Virus record (IMG/VR): IMGVR_UViG_3300045747_000505
Strand: one strand, 5' to 3'
Source: a virus
Lineage: Duplodnaviria > Caudoviricetes
Length of the DNA stretch: 64,000 nt
Shown: positions 28,701 to 37,472 of the stretch, piece by piece
Position numbering within the stretch: position 1 is the stretch's first letter
How the letters are laid out: every line of letters begins with the position of its first letter
Position numbers and translations under genes: made by a program
The notes under the pieces: model-generated
Told to the model about the DNA's origin: nothing
Seen by the model: only the letters and a program-made list of their open reading frames with translations
Database searches by the model: none

Positions 28701-31529
28701 ACTGGCTCAGTCACCGTTCCGGCTGGTACTACGGCTCAGCGAACTCCAGCGCCAGCCGTTGGCGCGTCTCGCTTCAACACCGACCTGCTCGCCATCGAGT
28801 ATTGGGACGGTTCGACGTGGCAACCAGTTGGTCGTCAGACGTTCGTTGATGCGAAGTTCCCAATGGGTTTCTACGACCGTCTTGGCGAATCAACGCTCGC
28901 CGTCGTCGCTGGCACTCGCACCTTCACCATCACGCCGATTGGCGCTCACTTCACGTACTACCACTCTGGTACGCGCATCGAGAAGACGACCGCCGAGAGC
29001 GTGGTCTGGCCAAACTCAAGCGGCATGTGGTACTTCTCGTACAGCGCCGCTGGCGTGCTCACCGCGTCTGGCTCGTTCTACGACCTCGCAACGCAGGTCC
29101 CAGCCGCCAATCTGTACTGGGACGCGACCAATCAGAAGATTCTGACCTTCGCCGACGAGCGCCACGGCGCTACGATGGACTGGGCAACGCACCAGTACCT
29201 GCACCTCACCGTCGGTCCGAAGTACTACAGCGGTCTTCAGCTCGGCAACTACACGACGGCCGGCACTGGCACGGCAGCGGCTGACGCTGAGCTCAGCCTC
29301 ACCAGCGGCGTGCTGTTCGACGAAGACCTGCGCATTGCCATCACGCACTCCGCGACGCCAACGAGCGCCAACGAGCAGAACCTGACGCCAATCGCTCAGA
29401 TCCCAGTCTTCTATCGCATCGGCGCTGGCGTTGCGAACTGGCAGGGCGACACGGCTAGCAACTTCCCAATCAAGTTCGGCACCGCCCGCGCTCGCTACAA
29501 TCTGAACACCGCTGGCACTTGGTCGCTGGCTGATGTGGGTGAGGGCGAGTACCTTGCAATGTGGGTCTTCGCCTCGAACGGCTACACGGACCCGGTCTTT
29601 GCGATGATGGGTCAGCGCACTGACACAACGCTGCAGAACGCCATCGACAACAACCTGTTCAGCACGATGGACTTCGGTGCGCACGTCTCTGCTGAGTCCA
29701 AGCTGCTGTACCGTCTCATCTACCAGACGAGCTCCGCCTACACGAACGCCGTCAAGGCTCGACTGGTCGATGTGCACGACATGCGCACCACGACCGAGCT
29801 GACAATTGCTGCGACCTCGCTCGTTGACCACAGCGACCTGGCTGGTCTCAACGGCGATGACCATATTCAGTATGTCCACCTTGCCAACGTTCGCACCATC
29901 TCGGCTCAGCACATCTATCAGCCGATTACTGCAGCTGCACCATTCGCTCTTGGCGCCAACGCTCAAGGTCAGCTCGTCACAGGCTTCAACGCTGACACCG
30001 TCGATGGCCTGCACGCAGCCTCGTTCCAAGCGGCCGATGCTGACCTCACCGCCATCGCTGCGCTGACTGGCACCGGCATCGCTGTTCGCACTGCCGCTGA
30101 CACGTGGACGACGCGCACTCTCGTAGCGCCTGCCGCTGGTCTGACCATCGCCAATCCAGCCGGCATTGCCGCTGGTCCGACCTTCGCGCTCGCTGATGAC
30201 CTGAACGCCCTTGAAGCGCTCGCCACCACTGGTCTCGCCGTTCGCACTGGCACCTCCGCCTGGACGACGCGCACGCTCGTCGCTGGCACTGGCATCACCA
30301 TCGCCAACACTGATGGTGTTGCTGGCAACATCACCATCTCTGCGCCTGGCGGCTCTGGAGTTACGTCGGTCGCTCTCGCCCTACCGTCCATCTTCACGGT
30401 GTCTGGTTCGCCGATCACCACGACTGGTACGCTGACTGGCACTCTCGCCACGCAGGCGCAGAAGACCGTCTTCGCTGGTCCTACGTCTGGCGTCAACGCC
30501 GCACCAACGTTCCGTACTCTGGCGCTCGCCAACGACCTCAGCGACGTCGTGGTCACCACGCCAACCGTCGGTCAGGTCCTCGCCTACGACAACACGACAT
30601 CCAAGTGGGTCAACGCTGGTGCCGTCGGCACGAGCGCTGCTGGTCTCATAGGCGCTGGTCAGGCTGGTGCCGCCGCTTGGACGCTGTCCTCTGGCACTCG
30701 CTACTTCGCCGACTTCACCCACGGGCTTGGCACGACCAACGTCGTCATCACCGTCTACGACACGGCGACGAACGCCGTCGTCATTCCAGACAGCATCATT
30801 CTGACGACCACGACCACGGTCCGTGTCACAGTCATCGGCAACACTCGCACGCTTCGAGTCGTCGTTGTTGCCAACGGCAACTCTGTCACCATCGGTGGTG
30901 GAGGTGGAGGTGGCAACGTCGCCATCGCCAAGGATGGCGCGACGGTCGTCGCAACGGCATCGACCATCAACTTCCGTGGTGCGCCAATCACGGTGGCTGA
31001 CGCTGGTGCTGGCACTGCAAACGTAACGATTGGCGCTCGCTACTCGTTCATGGCGCACTCGCTTGACACACCGAACACCGCTGACTACGCCGTCAACGCA
31101 ATCGCCGCAGCCACAACCGACCCGACCTCCACCTCACTGAGCGTTCGCTCGTTCAGCAACACGGTCGAGCAGGGCGTCGCGTTTCAGGTCTCCATTCCGG
31201 CGAACGCAACGACGATGACGCTCAAGATTCGTGGTCGCGCTGCGACAGCCCCTGGTGCTGTCAACGTCGTTCAACCTCGCCTCTACTCGCGCGTCATTCC
31301 AAACAACGCCGCGATGGGCGCCTGGTCTGCAGCGTTCGAGCTGAACAACATCTCCATTCCAACGAACGCGTTCTTTCAGTATTCGACGCAGACCATTCCG
31401 CTGACGACACTTGGCATCACCGCTGACAGTCTCTATCAGTTCGAGCTGACACGGCGCATCACTGGCGTGACTGGCACTAACCTCGCCTCAGCCTTCTATA
31501 TGGTTGAGCTAATCTGTGAGTTCAGCTAA
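25716..31529 (+). CDS. Long tail fibre protein (1937 aa)
   Basis: T/G/A-rich; repeats VGTAGTY.SVT.D.KGRVT.GTNPTTLAGYGITDA; GTTAQR..RFNT..EY.G..W; ATKQYVD; TAAATA 25682-25687. Confidence 0.9.
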   Translation: MANFDLAFQPENGINLDGLVGIFTGIIDPSIVGEAAPIGSLYLSTSGRLYQKVTALDTGWMVFSQGLGEALKISATDTTAGYLNTKLLTSAALTKTVGNAGANETLTLDLASVGTAGTYRSVTTNSKGQVTAGTNPTTLSGYGITDAQPLATNLTALAGVATTGLYVRQTAGGTTITRTIVGTTNQINVLAGDGVSGNPTLSFSSTVLFPGTTGIRPPSGTTAQRVATASYLRFNTTTAALEYYNGTTWVSLVASTGGTVTSISTVAPTEGLTITGGPITAAGTLTFTLANDLAALESIATTGFSARIGTDTWAARNLTGTLDRLEITNGAGVAGDPTFDIASTYAGQSSIITLGNITTGSWAATTIDIGHGGTGRTSIGGANTVLGVNTTATALEYKVIVGGTGISVSPTANQLQITNSGVTSVTGTTNQVNVSGSTGSITFSLPQSIATTSTPTFAQVTVAADPAAPLQLATKQYVDNAVQGLDAKQSVAAATTTNITLSGEQTIDNVALDTGDRVLVKNQTTASQNGIYVVSSGAWTRALDLDTWAEAVDAFTFVEGGIALAGTGWIANGSRTGTIDTTAMPWVQFSQAGVVNAGGGLTQSGTTISLSPVGTAGTYNDVTTNAYGQVISGTNQPYLTANQNITLQGDVTGVGNTLITTALSATGVAPGTYKSVTVDAKGRIGAATNPTTLAGYGITDAQPINAYLTALSGLATNGIVIRSGNTTTTRTIDAGSTKVSVNFADGVAGNPTIDVVEANLALNNISGTLAVSKGGTGLSAVNGANTLLGVNASSNALEYKALTGTGITITHSPAGINFTTINNGTVTSVAATGSTGLTVGGTPITSAGTLTFTLSTELQALSGLATLGFVSRTAANTYVTRSVVSGNATISISNPAGSAGNVSLDLATVGTAGTFKSVTTDIYGRVTSGTNPTTLAGYGITDAAPNTLAYLTVGSEPTLTNERRLAGTTSQITLADNGANSTLVIGLAADAVLPGTGSVTVPAGTTAQRTPAPAVGASRFNTDLLAIEYWDGSTWQPVGRQTFVDAKFPMGFYDRLGESTLAVVAGTRTFTITPIGAHFTYYHSGTRIEKTTAESVVWPNSSGMWYFSYSAAGVLTASGSFYDLATQVPAANLYWDATNQKILTFADERHGATMDWATHQYLHLTVGPKYYSGLQLGNYTTAGTGTAAADAELSLTSGVLFDEDLRIAITHSATPTSANEQNLTPIAQIPVFYRIGAGVANWQGDTASNFPIKFGTARARYNLNTAGTWSLADVGEGEYLAMWVFASNGYTDPVFAMMGQRTDTTLQNAIDNNLFSTMDFGAHVSAESKLLYRLIYQTSSAYTNAVKARLVDVHDMRTTTELTIAATSLVDHSDLAGLNGDDHIQYVHLANVRTISAQHIYQPITAAAPFALGANAQGQLVTGFNADTVDGLHAASFQAADADLTAIAALTGTGIAVRTAADTWTTRTLVAPAAGLTIANPAGIAAGPTFALADDLNALEALATTGLAVRTGTSAWTTRTLVAGTGITIANTDGVAGNITISAPGGSGVTSVALALPSIFTVSGSPITTTGTLTGTLATQAQKTVFAGPTSGVNAAPTFRTLALANDLSDVVVTTPTVGQVLAYDNTTSKWVNAGAVGTSAAGLIGAGQAGAAAWTLSSGTRYFADFTHGLGTTNVVITVYDTATNAVVIPDSIILTTTTTVRVTVIGNTRTLRVVVVANGNSVTIGGGGGGGNVAIAKDGATVVATASTINFRGAPITVADAGAGTANVTIGARYSFMAHSLDTPNTADYAVNAIAAATTDPTSTSLSVRSFSNTVEQGVAFQVSIPANATTMTLKIRGRAATAPGAVNVVQPRLYSRVIPNNAAMGAWSAAFELNNISIPTNAFFQYSTQTIPLTTLGITADSLYQFELTRRITGVTGTNLASAFYMVELICEFS

Positions 31530-32239
31530 TGGCTATTCAAACCGTCGGCGCCGACAGTCACCTGCGCTCAAGTCAGACAATGAGTCTGTCTGCAACTTCT
31601 GCCTTCTCAATCACCTGCTGGATTAGCGCCAACTGGAACTCTGGTGGTCGACGCTCGTTCGTCGGCATCTACGGACCTGCGACTGACGTTGCGCTTGGCG
31701 CCCCAGTCACAGCTGTTCAGATTGGTTCCAGCCTTGGAACCAATGACCTAACCTGCTGGACTTGGGGTGGTGGTACGCTCGTCGGCACCGCAACAGGAGC
31801 GATGGCTGCTTACAACAACGTGTGGACGCACATCGTCTACACATTCGACGGAACGACGCATCGTCTCTATCGTGATGGCGTGCTGTTGGCTTCGCAAGCT
31901 GCGGTTCAGCTCGCCGGCTTTCTCAATCAAATCTACATCAACGGCTATCCAGGCGGAACTACCGGCGAGGTTGACGCTTTCCAAGCCGACCAGTACGCGA
32001 TCTATCGCAGGACCCTGTCTGCCGATGAGGTGCTGACAATGGCTTCGTGCTACGGAACTCGCCACGGCATCAACAACGCAATCGCTCGCTTCGAGTTCGA
32101 CGGTGGCGTAGGAACGGTGTCGAACGAGCTCGACCTTACTGGCAATGGACACCATCTGACCTTTACTGGCGCCGGCACCGCCCCGTCGTATTCCTACATA
32201 AATACGATAGCAAGCTCCAACATTAGGCGAGTCCAATGA
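31529..32239 (+). CDS. LamG/concanavalin A-like lectin domain protein
   Basis: FSITCWI, WTHIVYTFDGTTHRLYRDG, DQYAIYRRTLSADEV. Confidence 0.85.
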   Translation: MAIQTVGADSHLRSSQTMSLSATSAFSITCWISANWNSGGRRSFVGIYGPATDVALGAPVTAVQIGSSLGTNDLTCWTWGGGTLVGTATGAMAAYNNVWTHIVYTFDGTTHRLYRDGVLLASQAAVQLAGFLNQIYINGYPGGTTGEVDAFQADQYAIYRRTLSADEVLTMASCYGTRHGINNAIARFEFDGGVGTVSNELDLTGNGHHLTFTGAGTAPSYSYINTIASSNIRRVQ

Positions 32240-33102
32240 CGACAGAAGTTCTCGGCAAATACTCCTTTTCTCAGGTTCCTGACGTCGCCGGCAGTGACCT
32301 GATGCTGAACACGGGCGGTGTTCCATCGATGTCGAGCGGCACGACCGCGGCTCGTCCTGCAGCTGGAACCGCCGGCACTCTGTACGTTGACACCACTGCG
32401 AACATTCTCTATCGTGACAACGGCTCTGCCTGGGTTGCGATCGGCGCAGGCTCGACGCTGACGGGCACGGCAAGCGAAATCACAGTCATCGGCACCGTCA
32501 TCTCACTCGCAGCGGATCCGATTCTGCCTGGCACTGGCGCCTTTCAACCGCCAACTGGAACGACAGCGCAGCGCCCCGTTGCGCCGGCAGCAGGCTTCTC
32601 TCGCTTCAACACGACGCTTGGCTACACTGAAGAGTACAATGGGGCTAGCTGGCGCCCTGCCGGCGGCCAGCTGATTCAGCACGTAGAAGGCTCAATTCCA
32701 GCTTCGACCGGTGCAACAGCGATTCCACTTGACAACACAGTCCCGCTCTCAACCGAGGGTTCGCAGATTTGGACGTACACGTTCACGCCGACGTCAACGA
32801 CCTCGAAGCTGTACATCACCTTCTCGCTGTCGCACTCGAACTCGAACACATCGACGACGAACCTCTGCACGCTCTTCGCTGGCACGACGCTCATCGGCGC
32901 ACAAGCTGCTCGTATCGTCGCCAACAACGCACTTGGTATGATGTCAATGCACGTCGTGTACGCACCAGGTTCAACGGCACCAGTCACCATCTCAGCTCGC
33001 TTCGGTGGCAGCACGACGACTACTTGGTATGTCAATCAGACCAACAATGCTACGCTCGGTGGAGCGCTCGCCTCCGAATTCACCATTCAGGAATTTGAAT
33101 AA
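32236..33102 (+). CDS. Short tail fibre-like protein
   Basis: GTTAARP, GTTAQRP..GFSRFNTT..EEYNG.SW; TAAATA 32199-32204. Confidence 0.75.
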   Translation: MTTEVLGKYSFSQVPDVAGSDLMLNTGGVPSMSSGTTAARPAAGTAGTLYVDTTANILYRDNGSAWVAIGAGSTLTGTASEITVIGTVISLAADPILPGTGAFQPPTGTTAQRPVAPAAGFSRFNTTLGYTEEYNGASWRPAGGQLIQHVEGSIPASTGATAIPLDNTVPLSTEGSQIWTYTFTPTSTTSKLYITFSLSHSNSNTSTTNLCTLFAGTTLIGAQAARIVANNALGMMSMHVVYAPGSTAPVTISARFGGSTTTTWYVNQTNNATLGGALASEFTIQEFE

Positions 33103-33620
33103 TGCTCAAGATCGCAATTCCATCCTACGTTGAACTTCTCGGAGCGCGTGTTCCGCCTGTTGTCGTCACCACGATTGGTGATGGCAGCGACTACGACACG
33201 CTCGTTTGGCAAGCTGGCCCTCCAATCCCGCCGAAGGCTGAGCTCGACGCGGCTCGCCTAGTCGAAGCGAAGCATCGCCAGTGGTTGGCCATTCAAGGCG
33301 TTCGCGACTATCTGCGCGGCAACGGTGTTCAGGTGGGTGCCAACTGGTTTCACTCAGACGACTCATCGCGCATTCAGCAGCTTGGCCTCGTCATGTTCGG
33401 CTCTAACATGCCAGGCGGCATCATGTGGAAGACGATGGGTGGTGCCTTCGTGCTGATGACGCCAGCGCTTGCAATGTCAATCTTCACTGGTCATGCGCAG
33501 CATGACACGATCATCTTCTCGATCGCGGAGCAGAAGAAGACCGCAGTCAATGCACTTACGACCCTACAAGAAGTAGGCGAGTTCGATCACGACTCTGGCT
33601 GGCCAGCAACGTTTACATAA
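33102..33620 (+). CDS. Tail-fibre-associated protein, DUF4376-like
   Basis: W.AIQ..RD.LR.NGVQVG.NWFHSDDSSRIQQLGL..WKTM. Confidence 0.65.
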   Translation: MLKIAIPSYVELLGARVPPVVVTTIGDGSDYDTLVWQAGPPIPPKAELDAARLVEAKHRQWLAIQGVRDYLRGNGVQVGANWFHSDDSSRIQQLGLVMFGSNMPGGIMWKTMGGAFVLMTPALAMSIFTGHAQHDTIIFSIAEQKKTAVNALTTLQEVGEFDHDSGWPATFT

Positions 33621-33631
33621 GGAGCATCATC

Positions 33632-34252
33632 ATGAACATTTTTCAGCGTATTGAGCGAGGCGTTGCACTCACCATTGGCAAGGTCCACTGGCGAGGAAAA
33701 CGCCTGCTCGACGCGAAGCAGATTGACGAGGTCACGGCACGACTGGCGAAGGACCACTACATTCTGCTGTCTCATCGCAGCAATCACCTCTCGACCTTCT
33801 TCATTGGGCTGGCTTCGTTCCTGCTCACTGGCAAGTGGGCGTACTGGACGCACGCGCTGATGAACCTGGAAAATGAAGTCTCGAGCGAAGCAGACTTCCG
33901 TTTCATCGAAGCTGTTGGCACCGGCGTCAAGTACACGGGCGTCAACGGCGTGCTAGACGTGCAGGGTCTCGTGCTGCTGCGCCCGAAGAACATGACCATC
34001 GACCGTTGGACGACCGTGCTTGACAAGGCTCGCACTAATCTTGGCAAGCCGTACGATACGCTGTTCGATCTGAGCAATGATCAGGCGTTGAGCTGCGTTG
34101 AGCTCGTTCGCTCCGCGCTGCAAAGCGAGCCGACCTACTGGCAGGACTTCGCTCACTTCGAGGAGATGATCGCAGCCAAGAAGAACCTCACCCCAGAGAT
34201 GTTCTACAACTGCCCTGACTTCGTCGTCGAGTACGAGGTTCGCAACAAGTAA
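33632..34252 (+). CDS. Permuted papain-like (YiiX/YebB-type NlpC/P60) hydrolase
   Basis: His before Cys: WTHA...IEAV..GV...LGKPYD..F....LSCVELV. Confidence 0.75.
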   Translation: MNIFQRIERGVALTIGKVHWRGKRLLDAKQIDEVTARLAKDHYILLSHRSNHLSTFFIGLASFLLTGKWAYWTHALMNLENEVSSEADFRFIEAVGTGVKYTGVNGVLDVQGLVLLRPKNMTIDRWTTVLDKARTNLGKPYDTLFDLSNDQALSCVELVRSALQSEPTYWQDFAHFEEMIAAKKNLTPEMFYNCPDFVVEYEVRNK

Positions 34253-34255
34253 CCT

Positions 34256-34603
34256 ATGTCAATCAACGCTTGCACGCTCAATCGCGCCACGGTGGATACG
34301 TTCTGCTCGCCTCGGCGCGCGATCGTGTTTGCCAAGCTGGTTGATGAGCTGCATCCTGTCTACCCACCGCAGGCTACCGCAAGCAAGACGCACCTCGGCT
34401 ACGCACCGTATCGTGATGAGGAAGATGATCGTCCAACGCTCAAGTTCGAGCAGCCGATCATCACCGTCCACGTCGACATTCTCGGCTTCTCTGGCTCCGA
34501 CACGCAGGACATCTCTGGTGCGCAGCTTGACTTCGTCACCGTCACTGACTTCGAGCACGTCGGCGCAATCGACGTTTCGATCACAGACATAACCTTCGAC
34601 TAA
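34256..34603 (+). CDS. Hypothetical protein
   Basis: ORF in late cluster. Confidence 0.65.
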   Translation: MSINACTLNRATVDTFCSPRRAIVFAKLVDELHPVYPPQATASKTHLGYAPYRDEEDDRPTLKFEQPIITVHVDILGFSGSDTQDISGAQLDFVTVTDFEHVGAIDVSITDITFD

Positions 34604-34606
34604 TCT

Positions 34607-35395
34607 ATGCTGACTGCTGGACAATCATCAACCGTCGCCTTCGCCGTCAACGTGATGGGCACCTCCGCTGATCCGAGCGTTCGCGTCATTCTTGCCGCGC
34701 ACCCAGAGCTCAGCTTTCCAGCGACGAAGGACGGCGACAAGTGGTCGACTCACCTCGCCATTCCGGCTACGCTCGCGCCTGGGTCCTATGACCTGCGCGT
34801 TGAGGTTATGCTCAACGGGCGCCTGTTCACTCCGATTCGCAAGAAGGTCGAGGTCAGCGCTGCTGCACCATCGAACGAACCGTTGCCGAAGGTCGAAGCA
34901 CCGGCGGAGGCGAAGGTCGAGGCGAAGGTCGAGGCGAAGGTCGAGGCGAAGGCAACCGCAGTGCCGAACCCAATCGTTGCACCGCCGAAGACGCAGGTCA
35001 TCGCCCCAAAGAATTCTCTGTTCGTTCAGGTGACTCAGACCAAGCAGCAGCCAACCGCACCGTCGGTCTCGTATCCTAAACTTCGGTCGTTCGAGAGTAT
35101 CAACAGTGATACTATTGGTGTTGAGCCAATTGAGCTTGCTGAAGCGCCTGAGCTAACTGGGCTGGCGGCAATTGTTGAGCGGGGTCCTCGAAAGATTTAC
35201 TCCGTTCACACGCCGTTGCCACGAAAAGCACAGGTTTCTGAAGGACCAATTACCGTTCGCATCAGCGAAATTGATTCAATCACCGCACATACTTCGGTTC
35301 GCACGCTTGAAGCAGCGCCAGTTATTCGGGCTCAGAAGCCGATTCATAATTCAACCCTAGTGAAGCTCGTCAAAGAAGACGTGTTTTACGAATAA
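34607..35395 (+). CDS. Hypothetical protein with Ig-like N-terminus and Pro/Ala linker
   Basis: beta-rich N-terminus, (EAKV)n linker. Confidence 0.65.
   Translation: MLTAGQSSTVAFAVNVMGTSADPSVRVILAAHPELSFPATKDGDKWSTHLAIPATLAPGSYDLRVEVMLNGRLFTPIRKKVEVSAAAPSNEPLPKVEAPAEAKVEAKVEAKVEAKATAVPNPIVAPPKTQVIAPKNSLFVQVTQTKQQPTAPSVSYPKLRSFESINSDTIGVEPIELAEAPELTGLAAIVERGPRKIYSVHTPLPRKAQVSEGPITVRISEIDSITAHTSVRTLEAAPVIRAQKPIHNSTLVKLVKEDVFYE
34907..34952 (+). repeat. 12-bp tandem repeat GAGGCGAAGGTC x3.8
   Basis: Direct reading; encodes EAKV. Confidence 0.9.
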
Positions 35396-35404
35396 GGATA
35401 TCAA

Positions 35405-35602
35405 ATGAAAGTATTCAGTGACGCCGCCGTTTCGAAGGACTACGTTGATGCAGCAGCCACTGCTGCAGTTGCAACATCGTCGACCGTTATTGACGCTGTC
35501 GACGCCAAGCAAACGCTGCAAATCAAGCAGCTGCGCAATATCGTCGCCTTGTCCTTTGTTCTGAACCTCGTCATCACGCTGACGCTCAAGTTCCTCGTGT
35601 AA
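35405..35602 (+). CDS. Small protein with C-terminal transmembrane helix
   Basis: IVALSFVLNLVITLTLKFLV; AAGGA RBS. Confidence 0.65.
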   Translation: MKVFSDAAVSKDYVDAAATAAVATSSTVIDAVDAKQTLQIKQLRNIVALSFVLNLVITLTLKFLV

Positions 35603-35660
35603 CGACGCTTCGGTGTCGTTACACTTTAGTCCTACAGATTCCTGTAGGCTGATGTATAAT
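35597..35660 (+). promoter_or_regulatory. GTGTAACGAC/GTCGTTACAC hairpin plus -10
   Basis: 10-bp stem; TATAAT 35655-35660, 31-nt spacer with inner stem CCTACAG/CTGTAGG. Confidence 0.8.
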
Positions 35661-35666
35661 GGCACC

Positions 35667-36131
35667 ATGGACACCGATACCTACACCCTCCTGGAGTCAG
35701 AAGTCAACGACTGGCTGGCATACGCTTCCGTCACCCCGTACGATGCGCAATCGCGCGCCAAGTACAAGGCGATTCGTGAGCGCATCTGCATGCTGTTCCG
35801 CGACTATCGTGCCGCTCACGTCGCCAACTGCAAGGTCACCGAGCTGCCCGAGCGCATCGTTCAGGTCAGCGAACGGACTCTCCGGCACATCGCCACCTGT
35901 CGCGCCAAGGAAGAGCAGGACAAAGAGGACCTGCGCAAGGAGCTTCTTGACAAGCTCACCCGCGCCAGTCGCGAGGCGCTCGTCAACCTCATCTGGGATC
36001 AGAAGGAAGACTACATTCGCGGCTTCGACTCGGTCACCGAAGGTGTCAGCGCCTGGGACTGCCTCATCGACTCCATTCGCTACGGCTACATCACTCGCGA
36101 CAACCTCGCCCATCACGGCATCACCATCTGA
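35667..36131 (+). CDS. Hypothetical early protein
   Basis: ATG 6 nt after -10. Confidence 0.7.
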   Translation: MDTDTYTLLESEVNDWLAYASVTPYDAQSRAKYKAIRERICMLFRDYRAAHVANCKVTELPERIVQVSERTLRHIATCRAKEEQDKEDLRKELLDKLTRASREALVNLIWDQKEDYIRGFDSVTEGVSAWDCLIDSIRYGYITRDNLAHHGITI

Positions 36132-36138
36132 GAACATC

Positions 36139-36282
36139 ATGAAGATCGTCGTCCCAAATCTGAAGCCACGCAACCACCTGGTTGTGCTGGTCAAGTTCCG
36201 TAAGGCCGGCGCTCACAAGGTCGGCAACGTCCGTCAACGTCAGCAACGTGAGCTTCGCGCTCACCTGAAGGAGACTCAATGA
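36139..36282 (+). CDS. Small basic protein
   Basis: MKIVVPNLKPRNHLVV..RKAGAHK. Confidence 0.6.
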   Translation: MKIVVPNLKPRNHLVVLVKFRKAGAHKVGNVRQRQQRELRAHLKETQ

Positions 36283-36536
36283 GAGTTTACCGGTCCAGCC
36301 AGGACTTCGCTGAACGGCTGCACGAGCGCCGCTACCTGGCGAAGTACCGTTGGCACTACGAGCGCCAACACAAGGCCATGGAGCATCCGCGCGTCTGCGT
36401 CCGCTTCGTCAAGGGCCACGTCTACGTCGGCTGCCAGTCCGGCCACCGTCGGCAAGAATCCCGCTACCGTCGCTCGCTCGAGCGCTGCGCCAACGACCGT
36501 CGCAATCGCGACTACGAGAACAAGTATGAATCCTGA
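36279..36536 (+). CDS. Hypothetical basic protein
   Basis: GGAG RBS, ATGA overlap. Confidence 0.6.
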   Translation: MRVYRSSQDFAERLHERRYLAKYRWHYERQHKAMEHPRVCVRFVKGHVYVGCQSGHRRQESRYRRSLERCANDRRNRDYENKYES

Positions 36537-36819
36537 CTTCAGCCCAGACAACCACAACGCTGCCACCGCCATGCGAGCGGTGATCGAGCGGCAAGAAGCC
36601 GAAGCCAGGCTCGAAGTGGCAGAGCGCAACATTCGCGTCGCGCTCGTCAACATCGACGCTCGACTGCCGACGCTCTACAAGGCGCAGGGCACCTTCAACG
36701 CCATGCGTGAACTGGCCCGAACACCCGATCAGAAGGTCGCCTCTGACGCGCTGGTCTCTTTCGCTGCCGCCTACGTCGACATGCTGGAAGGGCTTCGCAA
36801 GGAACTGACGAAGGTGTAA
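36526..36819 (+). CDS. Hypothetical protein
   Basis: ORF; stop in GTGTAAC. Confidence 0.65.
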   Translation: MNPDFSPDNHNAATAMRAVIERQEAEARLEVAERNIRVALVNIDARLPTLYKAQGTFNAMRELARTPDQKVASDALVSFAAAYVDMLEGLRKELTKV

Positions 36820-36877
36820 CGATGGACGAGGGCGTTACACTTTGGCTTGAGCAGATTCCCCAGGATCAGGGTATAAT
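36814..36877 (+). promoter_or_regulatory. GTGTAAC..GTTACAC plus -10
   Basis: TATAAT 36872-36877, 32-nt spacer. Confidence 0.75.
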
Positions 36878-36908
36878 GACTCATCGTCACGCTGATACTG
36901 ATTCTGAT

Positions 36909-37160
36909 ATGCACTGCCTCAACACCGCCCGCCGCGTCAGCTTCGCTGAATTTGTCGCGACCACCACCCAGTTCATCTCGATGGTGCCTTCACTGCCGAT
37001 CGACGATGCCGAGCGCATCTACGCCGTCATCAATCGGGACTACCTCAACACCACCTGCACCGACAGCGATGAACCTCGCGCCGCTAGTCTGCTTCGCTGC
37101 GCTGCCGATGCCGTGTGCATCGCCGGTGGTCACGCTCCCCTCTTCAACTCCTTCGAGTGA
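36909..37160 (+). CDS. Hypothetical protein
   Basis: ORF downstream of promoter; start uncertain. Confidence 0.55.
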   Translation: MHCLNTARRVSFAEFVATTTQFISMVPSLPIDDAERIYAVINRDYLNTTCTDSDEPRAASLLRCAADAVCIAGGHAPLFNSFE

Positions 37161-37163
37161 ATC

Positions 37164-37403
37164 GTGGTTTCAAACCTTTCACTTCTTTCACCTGAAGCGT
37201 TTCGCGATCTCGTCGGCATGATCCTCGAGGCAGAGCGCGAGGCACGCGGAGGCCTGAAGACTTCGACGATGCATCAGCTCGAAAAGTGGCTGATCACAGG
37301 CGCCGCCCTGCACAACCCTTGGACTGACGAGCAGCTCCGTGAACTGCGCTTCACCGGTCTCATGACCCTCGTCTACCGTCGCGTCCGTGACCAGGGCGTG
37401 TAA
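37164..37403 (+). CDS. Hypothetical protein
   Basis: ORF; stop in GTGTAAC. Confidence 0.55.
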   Translation: MVSNLSLLSPEAFRDLVGMILEAEREARGGLKTSTMHQLEKWLITGAALHNPWTDEQLRELRFTGLMTLVYRRVRDQGV

Positions 37404-37447
37404 CGGTTACAACTTTTCCTACCACGGATTCAGGTTCGTGGTATAAT
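37398..37447 (+). promoter_or_regulatory. GTGTAAC-G-GTTACA plus -10
   Basis: TATAAT 37442-37447, 30-nt spacer. Confidence 0.75.
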
Positions 37448-37472
37448 GGTCGCATACCAACGAAGGATCCCA

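Noticed and set aside
25716-33102. Diversity-generating retroelement targeting fibre tips
   Set aside because: No reverse transcriptase, and no near-identical TR/VR pair differing at adenines was seen
34907-34952. 12-bp repeat as a phase-variation tract
   Set aside because: In-frame unit encoding a flexible EAKV linker; copy changes would not shift the frame
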